Origin: Camelus dromedarius
Lineage: Eukaryota
Length of the DNA stretch: 64,000 nucleotides
Direction: 5' to 3'
Assembly: GCF_036321535.1 (NCBI RefSeq)
Contig: NC_087447.1
Location: 49,602,001 to 49,666,000 of the forward strand
Below are positions 1 to 10,862 of this stretch, piece by piece. The translations under genes were made by a program, and so were the position numbers. The first letter of the stretch is position 1, and every line of letters starts with the position of its first letter. The notes under the pieces are model-generated. The model saw nothing but the letters and a program-made list of their open reading frames with translations, was not told the origin of the DNA and searched no databases.

Positions 1-454
1 ATGGTGTAGGGGGAGTGGGGCTGCCATTGCTCCCCTGGCTGGGCTGGGGCAGCCACAGTGACAACCTATGCGTCTTTTCATGATGGCCAAATCCTCTGCG
101 ACCTAGTGACAGGGAACCTCCAGGATAATGACTAATATTAGAGTTCCTGCCAACCCTGGCAGCGAGAGGAGGGGCTCCAACTAGATTTGATTTCTCGAAA
201 TAAAGAAATGCCTCATTTCTTACACTCCGAGTGCCATCATTAATTTATATATAGAATTATCAGCTACAATACATGTGAGGTAAGAGGGGTGCCCAGAGAG
301 ATAGAGAAAAGAGGGCAGATTCACTATTTATTTAGCAGCTGGAGTGTACATGTTTTAGTGAAGGACTGGAAATTCGGGGGTGGGGGTGGTGGAAGATTTC
401 TGCCTGAGAATAGGGTGCATTCCCCCATCTCCTTACTCTAGGTGATCCATCCTC

Positions 455-1180
455 ACCGCGATAAAGACAAGGGCTGCCGAAGGTGCCGCTGCAGTACAGA
501 CCTGGCCCAGTGGCCTACCCTGAATCCGCACGCACCGTCTTCTCGCTCCCCACAAAGCCATAAAGTGCTCAGGCGATGCGGGACCCCAGGCAGGAGTTAA
601 GGGCGGGGATCACCTCGCGGGAAAAGGAGTAAAATCGCGGCCTTTCTCCGGATCCGCCACCAGGGGCTTCAGCGAGACCTCGGCCCAGTTCCTAGAGGGT
701 TCCCCAGACCTGCCTTCACGTGGCGCGCGCCCTTGGGCTCCTGGGCTTCTCTCGCCGGACCGCCCGCCCGGAGGCCCCAGCACTGGGGTCCCGAGACCAG
801 GCCAGGACACTGACCCAGCTGCGCGGGCGCGGCGGCATGCGCGAGCGTGGACGGCCGCGACTGGGGCTGTGGGCTCAGCTCTTACCGCCCTGGGGCAGCG
901 TCCGATCCCCCGCTGTCAGATTCCGAGCGGGCAGCCAGTTTTGGGGCTCTGGGGCGGAGCCTGGGCATCTTCGGGATCCGACTCTCGGATCCAGGAGTGA
1001 ACCCAGCGGCTTCGGAGTTCGCTCAGTGGGGAAGGGGCCCGCCCTCTCCCCTCTTCCTGGCCGCAGCGTTTGTGCCAGCGGGGTTGTCTGCCGTGGCCGG
1101 CAGGGGTACTTTATCTGGATTTGCCTGGCCGCCGAGGGGAGGGATGGGAAGGGGTGGAGATGGTGGGAGCCCGGGAGGGA
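455..1180. promoter_or_regulatory. CpG island-like GC-rich region
   Basis: Dense CpG (gcgcgcgc, gcgcgggcgcggcggc) and a GC box gggcgggg at about 601. Contrasts with the CpG-poor flanks. Confidence 0.75.
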
Positions 1181-1882
1181 CTGGGAAATGGCTACAGCTG
1201 GGAAGAACCGGGCAGAGGATGGCCAGAGGCCTGCCACACCCCTTGGTCAAGCCCTCATGCTAATCAGGTTTCTTTCATTCAAAGACTTCCAGAGGGGGCC
1301 TATGCTGGCCCCCCAGCCACATCGATGATACTCCTTCCTACCCCAGCCATCTGTACTTCATGGCCACTTTCTCTGAGAAGCCTTCCTGGCTGTTCCTGCC
1401 AGGTATCCTCTCTTAACTCTCCTCTCAAAGCCAGGCCTTTAGTTGTCCTTGGGCCTCATCCCACACCACCTTTTACTGTCATAAGACTGGGATTTCCTTA
1501 CCACAGTGACCTTATGCCCAGCACCGAGCGAGGCACAGAGTGGGTGCTAAGGACAAGCCAACTGTATGCATGAATGAATGGGGACTTCAGGCATTGTTTT
1601 AGAAGCCCTGGCTGAGCTGCCCTGGATACTGAATGAGGACCAGCTGATGTGAAGTTCTGCCCTCATGAGTGTCCTAGGACTCTTCTGATCAGGGGCCTGG
1701 TTTTCTCAAGAAGCATGACTTCTGGATGATCTCTAGGCTAAGCCCTTGGCAAACAACTGTCACCCAGAATTATCCTGGGCCAGCTGTTCCTTTTTTCTCT
1801 GTTGGCTTCAACTCTGACCAGTCCAGGGCTCTGCCTGCTATGGTTTGGTACCCATTCCTAGGCTTTCATGGGACCTGACCCA

Positions 1883-2680
1883 TGAAATAATAGAAAATAT
1901 ATGTATTGGTCTCTGCCCCCAGTTCCCAGCACAGAGCTCGTAAAACCCTTGGAATTGCCTGTGGGTTAGGAGTGTCTTTTATGTAAATGAGGTGACTCTT
2001 GGGCTCCTGGATAGCTTCAGGATGGGGGTGGTCACCAGAAAGACCAAGTCACGATTAGAAGCCTGGAATTTTTAGTCCCACCCTCCATCCTCTGGGAAGG
2101 GGAGAGAGGCTGGAAATTGAGTTAATGATTATGCCAAAATGATGAAACTTCCATAAAAACCCCAAAAGGATGGGATTCGGCTTCTAGATTGCTGGAAGTA
2201 CTGAGGGGGTGGCGTGCCTGGTGAGGGTCTGGAAGCATCGTGCCCCTTCTGTACCTTACCCTATGCATCTCCTCCACCTGGATGTTCATCTGTATCCTTT
2301 ATCGTTTTGTGATAAACCAGTAAACATAAGTGTTTCCCTAAGTTCTTTGAGCCATTCTAGCAAATTATTGAACCCAAGCACGGGGTTATGGGAATCCTAA
2401 TTTACAGCCAGTCAGTCATAAGTACAAGTGACAAACTGAGACTTCCAGCTGGCACCTGAAGTTTGGGGAGCGAGAGTAGTCTGTGGGACTGAGCCCTTAA
2501 CCTGTGAGAGCTCATTCTCTCCAGGTAGATAGTGTCAGAATTGTTAACTGTAAGACACCCAGCTGGTGTCAGATAATTAATTGCTTTTTGTGCGGGAACC
2601 CCCTGCCCCATATCTGGTGTCAGAAGTGAAATGTGGTAGGGGTGTGAGAGTAAAGGAGAAACACAGGTGTGTCCTGCCGC
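1883..2680 (+). mobile_element. MER21-like solo LTR (ERVL class)
   Basis: Recalled MER21 hallmarks: ggtctctgcccccagttcc, ggtcaccagaaagaccaag, ccagtaaacataagtgtttccctaagttct, gatagtgtcagaattg. Ends approximate. Confidence 0.7.
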
Positions 2681-2928
2681 ACACCCTCCCGATGGGCTCT
2701 TGTCCTCCGTCTCTCAGCACCCCCCACCCACTCCCATCTCATGCTGACAACTCACAGGAGCTGGGGATTTCTCAGATGGGCCAGATAGATGAATGCAGAG
2801 TCCTGCAAGCCCATTCTCCAATGCGCATGGCACACACACACGTGCATGTACACATACACACACTCACACACACACACATGCATGTACTCAAATGGAGCCA
2901 GAGACACTGCTGAGCCAGAGGGACCAGT

Positions 2929-2934
2929 TTTATT
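2929..2934 (-). terminator. Polyadenylation signal AATAAA for the long MAP6 isoform
   Basis: tttatt on the + strand about 120 nt past the stop. Followed on the minus strand by a GT-rich stretch (2831-2880) resembling a downstream element. Confidence 0.75.
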
Positions 2935-3052
2935 AGATTCCAGCAAGACTATACAATACGTGTTTCATGCAGATTAAATGTGTGTCTTTGCTGCCCCTGA
3001 GAGGGAGCACTTTCATTGGCAGCTCCTTCTTTGGTGTGTCAAGGGGTGAGTG

Positions 3053-4076
3053 TCAAGGGGAACTCTCAATATATTCTGCATGGGGGACCGTTGGGATCAT
3101 GACTGGGGGTGGAGGTGAGACAGTGGGCAGCTGGGGGCCCCTGGGACCTTGAGTCTTCAGAGGTTCAGGGACCACAGGACCTTGGTCCTTTGCTGGTAGT
3201 GGCACCAGAGGATCTTGATCTTTCAGAGGCACTGGGATTATAGGAACCTGATTCTTCACAGGCTCAGGGACCACAGGATCTTGATGCTTGGGAGGCTCTG
3301 GGACCATGGGGCCTTGATCCTTGACAGGTGCTGGGACCACAGGACCTTGATTCTTTACAGGTGCTGCAACCACAGACTCATGATCCTTCAGAAGCTCTGG
3401 GATCCCTCCACCTTGATCCTTGACTGGCTCTGGGATCACTAAACCTTGACTCTTTACAGGCTCAGAGAGCACAGGACCTTCATTCTTTACAGGTGCTATG
3501 CCCATGGCACTTTGATCCTTCAGATGCTCTGGGACCACAGGACTTTGATCCTTGACAGGTGCTGGGACCATGGGACCTTGATCCACAGGCTCAGGGGCCA
3601 CAGGGCCTTGATCCTTGACAGGTGCTGGAGCCACGGGGCCTTGATCCTTGACAGGTGCTGGAGCCACAGGGCCTTGATCCTTCAGAAGCTCTGGTACCAC
3701 GGAAACTTGATCTTTAACTTTTGCTGGAACCATAGGACTTTGATTCTTTAGAGACACTGGGACCAAGGAATCTTGGCCCTTGACTGGTGCTGAGATCACA
3801 GAACCTTCCTTCTTTAAAGGCTCAGGGACCACGTGACCTTGATCCTTAACTGGTGCAGGGACCATGGGACCTTGATCCTTCTGAGGCCCTGGGACCACAG
3901 GAGCTTGATCCTTCAGAGGCTCTGGGACAGTGGGGCCTTGACCCTTTGAAGGCTCTTGGATCACAGGACCTTGATCTTTCAGAGGCCCCGAGCCCATGGG
4001 ACCTTGATCCTTGTCTGGCTCTTTGGCTACAGGACCTCGATTCTTATGTGAATCACTGGTGGGTTCGACCTGGCTC
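3053..4076 (-). CDS. MAP6: MAP6 last coding exon (exon 4; C-terminal 11-aa repeat domain of the long N-STOP isoform)
   Basis: ORF 3053..4141 encodes (KDQGPVVPEPV)-like repeats ending ...MIPTVPHAEYIESSP*, recognisable as the MAP6 C-terminus. Pyrimidine tract plus acceptor tctctctcctctgcag|G with AG at 4078-4077. The phase matches exon 3 (GA+G = Glu). TGA stop at 3055-3053. Confidence 0.96.
3125..4045 (-). repeat. Coding tandem repeat: 28 x 33-bp (11-aa) units, one unit shortened to 30 bp
   Basis: Counted by hand from the translation, KNRGPVAKEPD through KTQGPRGPQLP. Confidence 0.9.
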
Positions 4077-7000
4077 CTGCAGAGGAGAGAGAGGTGGTCA
4101 CTGCGAGGGCCAGCACTTGGGCCAGGGACAGGGCAGAGCACAGATTGCCTGATAAGTCTTGGACTAGTGAAGCCTGGGCAGGCAGCTCTTGCTGGACAGT
4201 CAGGAGGAAAATCTGATCTGCATGTTCTTAGTACAGAACATGGCGTGGGGTACAGGGTGGGCTCCAGAATCAGTCATTCAGTGTGCTTGCCAATTGATTA
4301 TAACCTGCACGTGGCGCGGAGGGCAGCCCCCGGGTGACAGTGGCAGTACTGTAGCGGGACTCAGAGTCCTCTAGTGGGCATCCCAGCAGCCTGTCCACCC
4401 CACGCTCCACCTAGGCTGCTCTTGCTCCCTCCAGAATAGCTGGGTCCATCCTGGGGGCGCGTCTGAGCTATCTAGTCAGTGCTTTTGTTCTCAGGACCTT
4501 CCAAGGCTCCTTCCCTTCCCCGACCACCTTATTAAGTGCTGAATGGGGAGGGGCAAGGGGTCCAAGGCATGCATGAAGGAAAAGGGCAGCAGGAATGTCC
4601 CTCTTCCCCCGCAAGGAGAAAAGTATTTTATCACTGACATTGTTCAGAACAGCTGGCCAGGGTGATAATAAAAAAAGCAGACCAGCTTTTAATTGGTTTT
4701 ACTATTGCTTTTAAATTCTCTTTAGACAGTGCACTCCACTGTTGCCTGCACCAGCTTTGGTAGGTGACTGGCTGGGACTCCCCATTCAGGCAGTGAAGAG
4801 GCCCTGCTCCCCTCACTCTATCCCCACTCTGGCTCCCTCTACTCTCCCTGGGCCCCTGCCCTCCCTTACTCCAAGGCCCTCGGGCTGATTCCCTGCAGCA
4901 AGAGTCCAGGCCTCTCACCAAAATCCTCACAGGCTGCTACACTTGCCTCCCTGTGGACATTCACACCACCCCTCAGCCCACACACACTGTGGAGAGCAGA
5001 TGACATCACTGACACAAGGGCAAACATTGCCACACTCAGACACCCTGACAATCTAGATTCGAGTGCACACTCCTGCCTTGCAGGCCGGGCTCAGCCAGGG
5101 TCACAAGCCCTTGCACACCTACAGACATTCCATTTTCCAAATCACTTCCTTCTCGCTGGGTTGCTTATATCAGCAACCCAGCAACCCTGTGAAACACGAA
5201 GGGAGGATTTATTACCCTTACTTGTCAGATGAAGAAACTGAGGTCCAGAGTGGACGAGTGATGTGGAAAGTGAGGGGACATGCATGGACTGTGGAGTCTG
5301 GGTCTTTCCACCCCTGAGGCCTGTGCTCCTCCTCCTCGGGCTCCTGGCACATGGCAGGTGTTCAGCATGGTGGAACTGGTATTACTCTTTTACACGTTGT
5401 TGCCAATCAAGTCTTTACACTTAAACCACTTCAGCATTTTAACAGTTCCTATTGGCTTTTAGCACTAAGTCTACTTGCTTATTAAAGCTGATCCAAATAA
5501 ACTTCTACTTGTACCACTTTTTTAGTTTGCTATGGTTTTGTCTCTCTGGGTCTCAAGTTTGTCATTTATTTCATTTGGTATAATGATATTTACTCAGAAA
5601 TTTATGCTTATTAGAAATTATGTACATAGAGCATATTACTATGTAATATTACAATTATTTTTCTATTTACATAGAAGTAAAGTTACACACATTTGGACTA
5701 TTTGTATTCTGACATTTCATCCCGATCCAGAAGCTTTTTACTGTACTTATCTTCTTGAGCTACCTGGGAACTGACATCTCTGAGCAGAGTCCACAGTGCC
5801 GCAGGCAGGCTGTCTGTCCTCTGAATGTCTCTGAGCATCACAGTGGACACAGAAGGGCCAGAGCGGCCCCCTGGTTCAGCACGACACAGAGCACAGTTGC
5901 CCTGGCCACATAACACAGCTGGCTGCCGTCAGTAGGACATTTGTGTTTGTGGAGGGAGCCAGGCAGGACCACAAGAAGCATGCAGAATCCAAGGATGGCA
6001 TTAAAATACTTCTAATATTTGATAGTTGGCCAGAGAGAAAAAATAAAAACTTAATTTAGAATAGAATCCAGCAGGAAATTGATTAGCTGAAGCCTATCAG
6101 GTAGTGGACAATCTGGGTGGAGCCATCTGAAGGGGTGATGAAACTGAGACAGGAGACAAAAGATGGGACCAGAGCTTAAGTTGATCTCAGGGGCTTGGGT
6201 TGCAAAACCTATTCTACTGGCAGGACATGGACTCAGTGTCCCCTGCTGGCATGGAGAGTCAAAAGAGGGCCAGACCCGCAGCACTGGGTGCAAAGTACAT
6301 TTCCCTGGACGTCTGCAGCATTGGCTCACATGCCATGCACCATAGTTCTGCTTAATGAGCACTCAGCCAGCTGAGACGTAATCCTGAATTTGCTGGATAT
6401 AAACCCTTATATTACTTCGGTTAGTAAACTTGTTTCCTTAATAAGTGTTCTTTAATCATGGAAAGGTTTAGAATTAAGATTAGAAATGATAAATCAAATT
6501 AAATCTACAACGGTACCTTTTTTGGTATTAAAGTTCAGGAAAAATCTGTGTAGATTTAGTCTGAAAGTATTTGTAATGTTTAAAATAATTTGGCATATTA
6601 TATCTAACACATTAGGCTTGTGATTGCTATATAAAATATGTAATAGAATAATTTAGAATTGTGGTTTTAAGTTGAAAAATATAAGACAATTCTATAAATT
6701 TTGTAAATAATGATGGAACTTTTATTACAACCCAATAGTTAACATATTTTTAAGCTGAGTTTATTTTAAATAACTTGCAATTTAATTTAAATTATTTAGG
6801 GGAAATGAACTAAGTTATAAAATCCTCCTTAAAAGAGTTTATTAAATTTTATTAAATTTAAAAAATTTGTTACTTTTATAAATTAATCATTTGTTTTTCA
6901 AACCAAAGCAGCCTTGGGTGGTTTTCCTGTGAACAAAACTACCCTCAAGGGCAACATAAAACTCATTCACACAGACTGGCTATCACTTGGTTCCATGGTG

Positions 7001-7989
7001 CCCTGCCAGGCTAGCCATCTGTAGAATGCCCCACTGCTCACAGTGGCCTCTGTGTGAATAAGACAGAGCTGCACCCCCAGGGCGGAAGCCAGAGCAAGGC
7101 TGGTGAGTGGGGATGGGCTGGATTGAGCCCTACTCAGCCCACAGGCCAGCTGTCCCTGCTCAACCTGGGCAGCTGAGTCTGGAGTCTTGAGCAGCTGGGG
7201 ATCTTCTCAAGACAGCACCTGAGACAGGCTCCTTCCACTTCCTAGCCTGGTTACCCTTCTCAGAAACTAGAATGACCTGCTGGGTTTACCTTGGCTTCTG
7301 TGCTGCTTATTGCCTGCCAGATCTTGGGAAATTACTCAACCACACAGACCTCAGTTTCCTCATCTGTAAAATGGAGATAACAATACAAATGTCAGGGACT
7401 ATTATGACAGAGGATCAGATGATCCTCTTAGGCAAGGGTCTAAGATTGTCATAATTCACGACATTTGTAGAGTGCTTCGGTGCCTCACATGAGTTAAGTC
7501 CATAACCATAACTGTGTAGCGGTTTACCAGATGCTCACACAGTCTTTGCTTTAGCTCACTGGAATCTCCTGGCAGCCCTGGGGGGAGGCGGGGGATGTGG
7601 TGGAGATCCCTGCAGCCTCACCCTCCCGCACTGTCCTCTGGCCCCTCCACACTGCTTTGCACACTCCCAATGTTTTGCTTCTTTGTTTCTGCTGCTCAGA
7701 TTGCCCTCTTTCTCCCACTTGGCCCTGTCTGTCCCTGATGGCTCGGTTTGGATCCCCACCTCCTCACAAGGTCTTCCTGGATGTATCTTTCCAAACTAGT
7801 TCTGTCTGTATCTCCCTTGCAGCACCATTTTACAGTCTCTTGCCACATTCATAGATACCCCAGCCGCATGTCAGTTTCCCCCCCATTAGACCGTGAGCTC
7901 CCTGAAGGCAGGGGCCATCTGCTTGGTCTGCAGCCCCAATGCCCAGCGCAGTACTGGGGACAAGGAAGGTCAAACAGAAAGATTTACAA

Positions 7990-8720
7990 CTTACTGTTGC
8001 TGAAACCTGGTTTATCATTTATCCCATGGCCCCAGCCAGAAACCCAAGTCATCCTCGATGATTTCTGGTCCCTCAAAACCTTCATCCAGTCTATGAAGAA
8101 CCATCTTTTCTGGCTCCTAACATGTATCTCCTGAATATTCCCACTTCTGTCCTTCCCTCCCTTCCACCACCAGCTACGCCATTGTCTCTGTGGGCCACTG
8201 TCACAGCCCCTAAGCAGTATCCCCTGCTCCTCCTCCAATCCATTCTGCATGCAGAAATCAGAATGATCTTTCAAAAAACCAAATCCCTTTCCTGTTGACA
8301 ACTCTTCAAGGCTTCTCCTTGAACCCAGAATAAAAAGGCCCCACTTCGCTGACTGGCTTGCTCCCACCGCCTTCCTAGCTCTCTGTGGTCCAGCCTCCCA
8401 GGACTTTGTTCTGCTCCTCAGTATGCCCTGCTCCCTTGATTAATGCCTACTCATCCTCCATCTCCCAGCTCACTTTCCCTGGCGACCAGATGTGACCAGG
8501 CCCCTGCTCCAGGCTCTCCTAGTCCCCGACACTTTCTCTCCTGCCCCTCATCACAGCTCATTACTTGCATTCTTTCCCATTAATGTGTTCCTCACTAGGC
8601 TGAAGTGTTCAAAGGGCAGGAACATGCCAATTTTGTAAATCATTCTATCCGCTGTACCTAAGACCGTACCTACCCAGGGAAAGCCCTGACTACTTGTCAA
8701 ATGAATGAATAAATGAGAGC
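7990..8720. mobile_element. L2 LINE fragment
   Basis: Typical degenerate L2 3' sequence (cctccaatccattctgca, aatgcctactcatcc) ending in tgaatgaat. Confidence 0.55.
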
Positions 8721-10339
8721 TGTTTCTGTGCCAGATTCTGTCCTATTTGCAAGATTTTCTCCTCCAAGGTTACATGAGACATCCTAAGTCGTAGGAACTT
8801 CATTTTCTGCCCTTTGTCCTGTTTCCATGGGGACAGGCAAGGCCTCTGGGGTACACACACACTGACCTTGGATCCAAGCTTTATCAGAGTCTGAAGCAGG
8901 ATGATGGTGCCCTGCCCCAGACTATCTGGAGAAAGGGCTTTCTTCCCTCCTGCTGAGTCCTGCTCTTGCACACAGTTCTAATCGCATACTCCACCTTTTT
9001 TTGTTTGTTTGTTTTTTCTTCCCAGACTGTCTCCTAATGCACCATCAAAGCAGCCCAGAGCTGAGGCAGTACTCCTGGCATATGGCCCTGTTCAGAAAAT
9101 CAGGGATCTGTGGACCCATTCTTGAACTCCCTGCTTCCATAGCTTTGAAAAGCCCTGAGGAAGCAAGAAACTCATATTTCCTGAGCAATAACTATGTGCC
9201 AGGCTCGGTGTTAGGTATTTTAACCTAGATCATTTTTTACATGGTAAAGAGCAGTCTGCTGGAGGCAAAAGTACAAGGGCTGGGCTCAAGGCCAGAAGAG
9301 CTGGGTTTGAATGCTGACTCAACTCCTTCCTAGCCATGGGATGTCATCATGGACAACCAGTCTTCAAGCTTCATTTCCTTAATCTATAAAATGGGGATTA
9401 CAGTGCCTACCTCCCAGAGAGGATCAGTTTATGTGAATGCTTATGGCATTGACCCCTGGAACATGTGATATTTAGTGAATGTTAGTTCCACAGAGGGACT
9501 TAGTGACCTGGTCCAATGTCTTACTCTCCAGATGGGAAACGAGGCCCAGAGTGGGCAAGCAACTCTCCCGTAGCCACACAGCTAAGAAATAGCAGGTCCA
9601 GGAGTAAAGACAGAAAATCTCACTGGGTGGGCAGAAGCAAAGATAGGCAGGAGAGGCTGAGGCCACTGCACCTCAGGGACTACAGGAGAAAAGGGGGCAG
9701 GGCGCGGGCCATTTCCCGGCTTTGTTTCCTGCTGTCTGCCTCCAAGGGCCCTGGACAGGCGCCCACGTTTCCCAGACACAAACAAAGCCCCAGACACAGA
9801 AGAGTCTGAGGGGGAGTGCCAAGGAAACCGTCTTTAAAAGGCTTGTTATCCTTATGAAGAATTGCAGGAGAAAAGGCATTCTCAAAACAAGAACACTCAC
9901 TCCCACTCTCTCTCCAGCAGGACTCCATGGTAGCCTCTATTTTAGCAATTATCACGGTATCTGGTAATTATCTGCCTCTCCCCTAGCTCATGCGCTGTGC
10001 TTTGTTCGTCTTTGCAACGTGAGTCTCTAGTGTCTGGCTCGTAGTACCTGGCAGGTATTCTTGAGAGTAATGGATGGCTGGTGTATCACCTCTTCTCTTT
10101 ATTCTAGTTGATGTTTTTCTTCTTTTATCCACTCATTGGACAAAGTGTGCAGAGCCCATGCTCTGGGTGAGGCCCCGTGCTGGGGGCACAGGCATGTATG
10201 AGTCCAGGGCCCTGACTTGCGGAGCCCCACCATGGACACTGTAAAGCTACCAGTGCACCAGGACCACCCCTAGCTGTGGCCCCAAGCCCTCATCTGCCTG
10301 TGTCTCTTCAACCAGAAAGGCCTGAAAGTCGCTTCAGAG

Positions 10340-10862
10340 CAAAGATGTCACTTTGCTGGAGAAGCCCCTGTCTCTGGTCCCTGAAGGTACAACTCCTCAT
10401 GTGAAGGAAAAGCCCGGCTGGTCTAACAAGATAACTCACAAGTCTAGGAATGTGAAGGAGAGGCTGGGCTGGGCTAACAAGATAACTCACAAATCTAAGT
10501 ATCGGAACACCGACCTGAGTTCTGCTGGACTAACTTGTAAATCTAGGTTAATTAGTGTTGGTTTGCTGTTCATGATTTTTGCTAGCCAGCTGGGTTTTCA
10601 AAGATACATATCTGGCTTTGGAATGTTGGTTTGCTGCCTCCCTGCCTCTACTTTTGTGATAATGATGCTGCTAAAGCTGTTCCATGCCTATTGGCCTAAT
10701 ACCCCAAGCTTGTACTTTACCCTATAAAACTTCATGCGCACGTCTTGGAGGTGCTCAGAGCTTCGGAGCAGAAGCCCCTCTGAGCCCACCGGGTAATACA
10801 TCTGAGTACTCCAACCCTCCGAGTGGTGCTTGTTTCTTGACTGGCCTGTCGTTTCCGTAAGG
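10340..10862 (+). mobile_element. Solo LTR (ERV1-like) with internal 51-bp tandem duplication
   Basis: TATA (cctataaaa at about 10722), an R/U5-like segment similar to the LTR at 50134-50693, and a degenerate polyA signal (aataca). Ends approximate. Confidence 0.6.

Noticed and set aside
610..1573. Several overlapping 66-202 aa ORFs
   Set aside because: Expected in GC-rich, stop-poor DNA. Low-complexity G/R/P content and no recognisable domain.
3036..3060. Direct repeat gtgtcaagggg duplicating the stop-codon context
   Set aside because: Period 14, so the second TGA is out of frame. Too short to interpret.
3125..4045. Regular 33-bp periodicity suggestive of a CRISPR-like array
   Set aside because: No repeat-spacer structure. 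It is an in-frame coding repeat in a mammalian gene.
3215..4152. Plus-strand repetitive ORFs (WDHRTLILDRC, WDLDPSEALG)
   Set aside because: Antisense shadows of the 33-bp MAP6 repeat.
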